Program-made: the position numbers and the translations under genes | Shown: positions 54,701 to 64,000 of the stretch, one piece after another | Numbering within the stretch: the stretch's first letter is position 1 | Layout: every line of letters starts with the position of its first letter | Notes under the pieces: model-generated | Told to the model about the DNA's origin: nothing | The model's input: the letters and a program-made list of their open reading frames with translations, nothing else | Databases searched by the model: none | Assembly (NCBI GenBank): GCA_949358305.1 | Contig: OX442314.1 | Coordinates: 13,640,001-13,704,000, forward strand | Source: Strigamia acuminata | Taxonomy: Eukaryota | Reading direction: 5' to 3' | Length of the DNA: 64,000 bases

Positions 54701-55760
54701 ACAAAAAAAAAATCGAAATACACTTTCTTACGTGTGTCAAGTTGACGTAATATTTCAGAATTCATCACGAACATTTTTAAAATTAATTTGTACTCAATTT
54801 AATTGTCAGAAGACTTGGAACCAAGACTTGTGTCGTGGATGATGAAGCAATAGTTGTGTTCAATTCTTGAAAAGAAAAGTGAGAAATGGCCCTCTTGAAA
54901 ATGGTCCTTAGAATTCCGTTTCGAAGTTAAAAATGTCGAAGAAACAACCCGACATTCCGAATTTTCGAAAAAATGAAATTCGAAGAAGTGATGGGATACC
55001 TTTCCATCCTTTAAAAAAATGTGACTTTCGAATTACCGCATCAATGTATTAATTTCTTTGCTGCTAATAGAATATAGAATATATAAAGTGACTAAATCGA
55101 GATCGAGTCATTTTCCAAGGCTGACTTTCTTTAATTACGACGCAAAAAGCAGCACATCCACCTTCTAAAAAGGAATTGAACGCACATTTTGTGTTTTATT
55201 TCATGTCTGAATACATATATATTGAGAAACCGGTGGAGCAAAATACAAGAAATCAATATTCAATATTTTTAAACAAAAACTCGATATTAAAACGATATTC
55301 AAAACGATGTGAATCAATACGAGGAATTAAAACGAGACAAGCGACGTTAAATAAAATTATGGTTTAATTTCCACATTAATACGGAAAATAACCAAAGTAA
55401 AAACCGACCTTCATGTTTCTCTTGTTGTTCTTTAAACGTGCAATTCTGTGTCCGAAAAAAAAATGCATACAAAAATAGAACCCAAATCCATCTAAACTTG
55501 CATCAACACTCAACAGACCAACTTATATAGATTTTAGAACATTTCTTCCAATAATTTTGGAATTAAACATTTATCATCCCAAAGCTTTAGTTTGCCACCC
55601 TAGCCAAGTGATGAAGTATTTTTGCCAGCAGCTAAACAGGAATTTTCGATCTCCCACCTCCATTTTTCTTTTATCCCCCCCATTCATCATCAAATTGTCC
55701 CCGCACTTTTGGTTTCCACTTGTGTATTCGGACTCATCCATCTCCCTTATTCTACATACA

Positions 55761-55959
55761 CAGGGCGAGCCAAAGACCACGAACGGTTTCGTTTTTTGAA
55801 TAACTTTTTTATTTACCTTTAACCATTTTGTAAAGAAGAGTTGGGAAATTAGTTATGGAAAAATTCACGACCAAACAGCGACCACAAACTGTAAAATTAA
55901 AAAAACAATTAAAAATAAAAAAATTATTCAAAAAACAAAACCGTCCGTGACTTTTGACT
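55761..55959. mobile_element. Tc1/mariner-type MITE with ~47-bp inverted repeats
   Basis: Left AGCCAAAGACCACGAACGGTTTCGTTTTTTGAATAACTTTTTTATTT matches the reverse complement of the right arm, AGTCAAAAGTCACGGACGGTTTTGTTTTTTGAATAATTTTTTTATTT. The left start CAGGGCG resembles the CAGGGTG terminus. The right tip is lost. Confidence 0.75.
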
Positions 55960-56265
55960 AGAATTTGCACTTGCATTTGATTGGAGACTTGCATGGCCCA
56001 TCGAGGCTCAAATCGATGAGAAAATGAAAAGCAAGACGACTGCAAAATTTGGCAACCATTTCCTAAACACCAAAACGCAAAAGAAGCTTGGCACGTTCAA
56101 ACAAGCCAATTGGGTTTGGGTTCGCTCGACCGAGACAAGCGTTCAACTTGCTTGTAATCAGCGTAGTAAGGTAGCTTGAGCCTATTTAGTGCTTGACAAA
56201 ATCCTGCTCAAGTCTATGAAGAGGATGAGCAACGCCGAATTGATGCTTGAACGCTTGTAGGTGCA

Positions 56266-56266
56266 A

Positions 56267-56298
<32 letters not shown>
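56266..56298. repeat. (GA)n microsatellite
   Basis: Visible GAGAGA run with one interruption. Confidence 0.9.
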
Positions 56299-56305
<7 letters not shown>

Positions 56306-57537
56306 GGATAAAGCATCTCGCAAATCTTGGACTGTAATTGAACTGGAGTCCAATCGAGCGAAAGGACTCCTCGAGTTCACAACTGCATTGCCGCCAACCC
56401 TCGTTACTGAAAGGAGTAACCACACTACCATGGACAGACCGATGCACTAACAAGCCTAATGAAAACCGACACTACTGCAACAGGACTGCGCATCAAACTG
56501 GACGTTCCCGTAGGCAGCCAATTAGTGATAAGCAACGCACCAAAAGAATCCAGAAATTGAACCCCTCATTATACCGAACCACAACCAACAAAAATCCGCA
56601 AAAACTTTTCTTTCTTTCTTTTTTTCTTCTAAATTCAAACAAAGTGACACCAATTATTTCTCGATCAACCGACATGTTTAAAAAAGTAAAACATTTTTCT
56701 AAATGAACTTGCAACTGCCGAAGAAAAAAAAATCCCACTTCAAAGCGCCCTCTGCCATAAGATATCAAATTTATACGACAGCAAGCAAATGGCATTTTCA
56801 GTCGGCGAAATGCAACAAGGAGGAGCGGACACTTTGATTACCAACTTTATAGTCGCGTTTAAATCACCTGTCCATCTTACAACGCTATATATTTGACCGA
56901 AGAACCAATGAACGCAGCTGCAGTCCGCGTGGCCATTGCTTTTCCTAAGGGCCCCTTCCACGACTTAGATAAGCGCAGTCCAGGCGACGAGGCGGCCCAA
57001 AACTGACCCCTCCATTCCCCACCCCGCTCAAGCAGACTTGAGCGCGCAGTATCAAGCGCCATAAAATGCCGCACGCCAAAAACATTGGCCAGTCCGAGCG
57101 ACAGGTTAAAGGTTCCCCCGGTAAACGTGAAGAGAACTTTTATCGCCTCCGACTCATGAGCCTCACTTTATGTGCAGATTTGGCCCCGGTAACGACGTTC
57201 CTCTTTGAAACAAACCAAGCAGACAATGAGTTGGTTGGCCCCGTTTTATTTTATGCCAGTAGCCAATGCCGTTTTGCCCACTGCCATCACGACTCAAGCA
57301 CCTCATCAAGTAAAACTACAAACCACTTACCGCAATACCCAAATTATAATGAGCCCATTAATTCTTAACTACATTTTATGCGTGTCAATCAACTTCCTCT
57401 ATTTATCTGGATTTTTCTCCCCCTTCTTTTCTCTTCGCTAATCATTTATTACTCACTTCTAACTAAATTAATGTTCAATTTTACACTTTTTAACTTGCTT
57501 ATGTGATTATTGCTTAATTTAGCTTCAGAAAATTGCT

Positions 57538-57737
57538 CCCTATGGTTTAAAAAATATATTTTACAATATCTATTGCTTTTTACTTAATGCATTCCAAACT
57601 GTATGGCATTTTGCAGAATTCATGTACATTAAATAATGCATTTCGTAAATCGTAATACAATTGAAAAAATGCATTTGACAAAAAATAATATTGGAAATGC
57701 AAAATTTATTACAAAATGCATTCTCGTAAAACCCAAT
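57538..57737 (+). mobile_element. CCCATATGG-TIR family, copy 4 (left part)
   Basis: Starts CCCTATGGTTTAAAAAATATATTTT. Contains GTACATTAAATAATGCATT and TATTACAAAATGCATTCTCGTAAAACCCAAT, both shared with copy 3. Confidence 0.7.
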
Positions 57738-60700
57738 ATTTTCTTTGCTTTAAACTGTCAATTTTCCAAAAACAAATAACAATTAACTAATTATTATTTT
57801 TGTTTTACTACAACACATTTGTTGAATTTCATTAATTTCAATGAAAAAATACGTTTTTTTTTAATTTTGAATTTCATTAAAACCGGTCACAGAGATAAAC
57901 ATCTCATTTCCTGGTGATGAAAAATAATTTTTCTCAGAAAAAAAAATGACAATCATTTTATCGTGCATACCCCAGCAGATTTTTCATCTGAATGCTTGTA
58001 AACAATTTGTCCACGTAATATATATGACAAAAAGAGAGATGGGGAGTCAAAGTCGGTTATAACCTTTGTCCTCTATCTTAACAGAAACACAGACCCATAA
58101 AAAATAAAATAAAGAAAACAAAAAAATAAAAAAGTAAAAATAAAAAAATAAATAGAAAAAAATAAAAATAAAAATAGAAAAATCATTTTTTCTTTTCTCT
58201 TTATCTCTGTACTGAGTTTACTCCATACAAACAACAAGTTTTAGCAATCTACAGTGCACCTCTATTTGTTTCACCAATATCTGACTCATCTCTAAACGAA
58301 CACATTCGTCTTTCTTTGTGTTTTCAGCAATAAATAAACCTGCCAAATGATCCATAAAATGAAATCAAACGTGCAAACGCAAACGCAGATGTTTATGAAA
58401 CAAAAACAACAAAAATAAAATAAAAAATAAAACAAAACAAATTAAATTTTTTAAAATAACGAACCAAACAAAAGCTCTGAAGCGAACTTCACCATTACTT
58501 TAAAACCTTCCAATTATTGGTCCTTGAGACCCTTCCGCTAGATAAGAGAGAATTAAAAGCAATTTTCTGTAATGATCTTGTCGAAGTTGATACTCTTACC
58601 CAGTGTGCACCGCGCCACATAGAGCTGTGGGAAAAAAACATTCCAGCCTCGATTCAATGTCAACAAAAATTCCTTCCGTTTATAAAACGAATTAATAGGT
58701 CCAATAAAAAGACCGTTTCTCCTGACAAAATCGAATTAACAGATTAAAAATTAAATTAGCCCTAGTCTACACATAATTCCCTCTAAATAAACATCTTTAG
58801 AACGTACACAGTTAATTATTCAAAGTGGTTAGAGATCGAGCCAAGAGACAAGGCACAATTTGCAAAAGGTAAATAGCCAAACCGATGTTCTCTTGAGAAA
58901 ACAATTTGAGCAAACTAGAATGACTAGATCCTTTAGCAGTGAAATCCATTTATCTCAAAAAATACGATACGAGCATTGGCTAGGGACTTGCAATCCACCT
59001 TTTCCCACCTTTATCCACTTAGCAAACAACAACAACATCGACCAGACCCACACCCACCCAGCCATTCACCAGCACCTGAAAAAACCTGCCAACTAAACCA
59101 AACCAAACCAAACCCCAAACAAAACCACTTGCTTCCTACCTTTTGATCCAGAAGAGGAATGATTAATTTGAGGCACTTAAACCCATCCGTCCACGTTCGT
59201 CAGTGAACTCACGACCATGCCACACCTGCAAAAACAATTTTTTACCAAAATAAATAACTAAACGCAACATTCACCTTTAAACGAGTCAAAAGACAACACT
59301 GGGGGCGGGTTACAGTGGAACATTCATTAAACCTTGTAAGCAACGTCCCTATAGGAAGCGCAACTTCATATCCGCTGCACTTCATGTATATATATAAAGC
59401 GTCGACTAAATCCCTGCACCGACTCTTAGGTCTTAAGACCCGAGCATGGGAGCAATGACCTTGAGCTCCATCTCTTAGAAACGAGCGAGCAAAAGGGTTC
59501 ACTAGCTTTTCTTCTCCCACACGTATCACACACACAACTACCATCACCCTGGAGATTTCTTTTTTAATATTATAGTAATGCGATGAGAAGGCCGAAGAAA
59601 AATGTGACAGGGTAAAAAGGGAGGAGAGATGCACACGGGCAAATCACTGGTATAAAAAGCGCTCTTGCAAATCGATTGGCGCGCGGCACATCTCGGCCGC
59701 CACTTGCGACCCGAATACGATATATTTAGTAGTTCGAGCTTATCTACAACCGAGTGTGTCAAACGTGTGCTTGAGCATAAAATACGTGGCGACAGGTGCG
59801 CCTCTACTCTCTGCAAAACTCCATCCCACGAAACGACGCGCACTTCCTACTATTAACGTTTTCCCCACTCAACGGTTTCGTGTATAAACGTCAAATTCCT
59901 TACACAAAAATCAACCATTATTTTACAATATATTACATACGTAATATTATATTTTTTCCACTAGTATGTTACAAATATTAAGTTATATAATTTTGTAAAA
60001 AAAATAATAAAAAAAATAAAATGCAAAGAATTATGACCAACTTAAAGATAAAGATCCTGAAGCTGAAGTTAATGTAATAAATACACTGTATCAGTTATTT
60101 CCCGTGACGACTCCATTCTCCCCACCAAACAGATGTCGCATAAAAACCTGTTCGCCAGGAGTGTTGAAAATTTTCCTTCCAATTCGCTAAAAGAAATTAC
60201 GTCTTTTCGAATTTATATACGGTATAACAACCACAGTTGATGTGTTTTCATCAAGTTTGAATAAATGTGTAATGGAGCGAATTCAATGATGAGCGGATCA
60301 TTGCGAAGATATGTAAATCTCAGAACAAAAAGTGATACAGGTGTAAGCAAGGTAAAAAGGCAAATATGCGAAATGGAGCAACAGTAAAACACAGAAGAAA
60401 ACTCGCTTTCTTACATGACACGATGCCACATTAAGTTTCTCGCTTCTTTTCTGATGACATATAAATATAACATTTTCGCCGAATCGCCTGTGTAGATCTA
60501 CATGTGACATCTCCGATAATTGCCGCATCAAGAAAACCGTAAACACATGGCAAAACATGTTGTATAATAATTTAATAATAATACGGAGTAATTCGCAATT
60601 CATTCTCCATCAAAGTGTAGCAAACTCGATAAATAAATAAAAATTAAATATCATCAACAATTGAAAATTAGAAGCGGAAAAAGTCGCTACTCGTTTCGAA

Positions 60701-61658
60701 AAACGAATTACCACAGCTGCCACTTCCTCGTTTATACGAACAGATGCGGAGAAAAGCTCCTAAAAGGAGGGGGAAACGCATAGGGGAGAAACCGAGTAAG
60801 AATCAGAGAAAACTGAGGACGGGAAAACGAATTCGTCATGGCATCGGAGTAAGAGGAGCGGACCTGTTCGCCATCTGTGCAACGCAATATACACAGTAGG
60901 ATCGCGACGCGACTTCCTTTTGCTGATTCATTCGACTTTGGCAGCAGCAAGCAAACAGTAGAGCAGCAGCCGTTAATGGACGGCAGTTTCATCTTCAGTG
61001 ACCCGCTCGGCCCTCGAGTCGTCACTCATGTCGCATGGGGAATGGAGAAAGAAGAGGGAAAAGGTCAGCCAAAGGAAGTGAAGCTTAGCTCAACATGGTT
61101 GGACACGCAATTAGCACACAATAAAACAGTTTTCTGCGTGCGACATTAACCTCGACACCGAGACCTCGAGATTCGATCATTCATCCACCTCCATCTCCCA
61201 TTTTCATTCATCAGGTGAACATTTTGCAAACTCGTTCCGGCAAAGAGTTCACTCCGCCCCGGGTTCCCTCGTTTATCATCATCCAGAGGCACGCACTCAG
61301 TGTGCTGGTCTCGTCCCAACTTTCTTCATCTTCCTCTCGATTCAACTCGAACCATTGCTCTTGAGCCTCGAGGATTACTTTTTAGCTCTCCTGTTTGGAA
61401 TCTCGATGTACTCAAACTCAAACAAGAAAAGCACTTTTTTCCCCTTCTTATTCTTATCTTTCTTTTTCTTTTCTTTCTTAATTTTTAAAAAGAAAAAATT
61501 AAATCGGATTCGATTGACACGACAACAAGCGGATTCGTCGTCCGATTTCACATAATTGATCCGACACTTCCTTCAACTTTCATTGGGATTTAATGAAAAT
61601 CGATCGGTAATGCCATTTATTACCCATCAACCTTCGCTTTGACTCGCTCGTCACTTAC

Positions 61659-61761
61659 GTTTGACGCCTAAATTCCCCATACACGGTGAAGGCACGGCCA
61701 TCTTTGTGCCTTCGTCGTAAAACTTCAATTTGTATGTTCGCTTTCGGTCCCTAGTGTAATC
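61659..61761 (-). CDS. Candidate upstream exon of the same gene (DYTRDRKRTYKLKFYDEGTK-MAVPSPCMGNLGVK-H)
   Basis: Acceptor tttttatttatttag|G, consensus donor AAC|gtaagt and a fully open frame. The phase-1 end joins AT CGG ACG ATG of the 39947 exon in frame. The AUG at 61701 has an AAAG-ATG-G context. No transcript evidence. Confidence 0.5.
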
Positions 61762-64000
61762 CTAAATAAATAAAAATGCACATTCGGATTTGCAACGCGT
61801 AATGATGGCGTTCGACGGACGAATATACATAAAAAAACAAAAGGAGAAACGATGCATGTGCAAATGGAAATAACAAGGATTGCACCGTTGCCAGAGATGC
61901 GCACATCTATTTACATCGTCGAAAAAAAAGTCAATATTTCACAAATCGATAAAGAAATTTACGGTGAAAAATCAATTTCAATCCAAGTTCCGTGACCGGA
62001 TTTCCCAAAACACATAAATATGTCGAGCGTGAACGTGTCATTAACTCCTCTTCACCTCCTCAAAATGTTTTCGCTTCTTTTTTCCTTCTTTTTCTTTTAA
62101 AATAGATATACCATAGTGAAATCGGTTGGAGAACTACACTTTTTCCCATTCCCCACCATAACAAAGAATTCGGTGTACACATCCCGTGAATAACTCATGG
62201 AGAGAAAGAAAGAAAGAAAGATAGAAAGAAAGAAAAAAAAAGCGACCAACGTCTAGAAAGACCCCATACTCAAATATAAGAAAGGGAGGGAGGACGCCAG
62301 ATTGGGAGAACAGCGAACGCGACAACACAATCCCATTAGAGACGAAAGCACGGACCCATGCAACGCCAAAGAGTGGAATGAAACGCAGTTCAGACACTAG
62401 ATTCTCTTAAAACACCCACAGTGACAATAGGATTTTCCCAACATTGAAGATAGAATGAAAAGAGAAAAATTTTTCCAATATGCCGAGAGGTCGAGTCCGC
62501 AAACTCATAGCGACCACACATTTAACTTGTTACTACCACTGACATAACAACAACCGCAATAATAGAAGTTGGCCAATCCAATGTTGTCGACCGTAACCGA
62601 AATTGGATAATAGAAAATAGGAGTTCGCAGAAATCTATTGGTTTATTAATGGAATTCACACCGTAGGTGGCTTTATATTATAAATCGATTTACGCATTTT
62701 TCCTTCAAATTACACGAGAAATTTCGCATAAATGTAAAAATGAAAGAGGATTTTCTGATCAACATGTGGCTTTGCATTCATCTGTACAAATCCACATGAG
62801 AATAGTAGGCACGTTCGTAAAATCAAACAATTATTTCTATTTGCTGTAGCGTAGTTGAAATCAGGTGATGCTTCCATCTCATCATCCGTAAAACCACCTT
62901 CATCTCCATTATATTCCTTTTCATTGTTCAAATATGATGTTTTCAACCAATATTGGAATTAGGTGGAGAGCGGAATTAAGCTGGACTCATTTGCATGTAG
63001 TTAAATTTACAACTAGTTTATTCACAAGTGACAATACAGGGTGCGCTGTGGAAACAAGTGGGACATGCAGGGAAGCCAAACACTGCGAAATGTCTTGCGC
63101 GAGCCCGACTGAAAACAAACTAAATCAACCGCCATTTTTGAATTTAGATTCAGAAAAGCAGTATAAATATGTTGTTTAAAATGCTGTGTAGTCTACATTA
63201 TTTTATGAAGAAACGTTCAAAACATCAGAAATGTATTAAAATATTGCCTTGTAAATATTTACAAGTTTAAATATTTAATATACCACTCTAATCACGAATT
63301 TAGAAATCATGTTTGACTAAAGCCGTAAAGCACCAACCATATGCAACAGCTATATTGATCTTATACATTTATACGTGGCTACACTACTTGCAGTGCGTAA
63401 TGTCACTTGTCTACTTTATACTTCCTAACTAACATGTAAAAAAAAAAAGGTTCAACTAAGCGAATTATGCTTTACTGCAGACATGAATCCTCATTTAACA
63501 CAACACAAAAGTAATTTGAGTAGATTTACAACAAAATGCCTCCTAAACAACACAATTTAAAAAGAATTACTGCAACACAAAGCAATTTTTAATGTTGCAA
63601 CTCTAATCTAAATCCAGCAGAAGGTGGTCTCGCTATGTACAGCGAAATTGAAACGAAAAAAGAAAAAAACTCATCGAACTGTCTCTCTTTTTCTATTCTA
63701 ATCCTCAAACCTAAACAAACACATTTTCATATTTTACAGCTTATCCCTTCCCACAACACATCTTTCACTCGCTACTTCAATTTCCCCACCCCCACACACC
63801 TTATACAGTAACAAATCGATAAAGACGTGTGACCACAACACAACCATTCCAAGCGAACACTTCAATACACTCTATAGATGCTCTTTTCCATCAACGCATT
63901 GGCAACAGTTAATGCACCGTCAAATGGGTCTTTTATTGTCTCCTCCGACATACCTCGTCATTTCCGGTCACTTCTTACGAGGAATTCCGGCCTTGCAAAC

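Noticed and set aside
62710..63145. Acidic ORF (EGGFTDDEMEASPDFNY) and a TACAGGGTG motif as a transposon remnant
   Set aside because: No recognisable transposase domain and no matching second terminus in the window.
401..63179. Remaining 60-170 aa ORFs in the supplied track
   Set aside because: Mostly Phe/Lys/Leu-rich translations of homopolymer tracts, often with non-ATG starts, and with no recognisable domains or compatible splice sites.

Overview
AT-rich eukaryotic genomic DNA, most likely from an insect (inference from composition, frequent CpG and MITE types; I cannot assign the species). It is dominated by one large minus-strand, intron-rich gene. Three coding exons join in frame through canonical GT-AG sites: 39947-39626, 19542-19380 (or -19356) and 6784-5387. 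From Met 39939 they encode a 624- or 632-aa single-pass membrane protein. The protein has a short Cys/Pro-rich N-terminal part, one transmembrane helix, a KHKKK stop-transfer cluster, and a long low-complexity tail with NPxY, YxxPhi, PPxY and PxxPxR motifs. I cannot assign a gene name. I also found a phase-compatible candidate upstream exon (61761-61659) whose AUG lies in a hairpin loop, and a candidate frame-preserving 36-nt microexon (14990-14955). The introns (about 12.6 and 20.1 kb, plus 21.7 kb if the upstream exon is real) hold several MITE families including a nested insertion, a 31-bp minisatellite, microsatellites and GC-richer enhancer-like islands. Most short ORFs in the supplied track look spurious. 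I found no rRNA, tRNA, CRISPR array or intact transposase, and no convincing new multi-gene system. The most interesting items are the uncharacterised receptor-like protein and its possible splicing and translation control.
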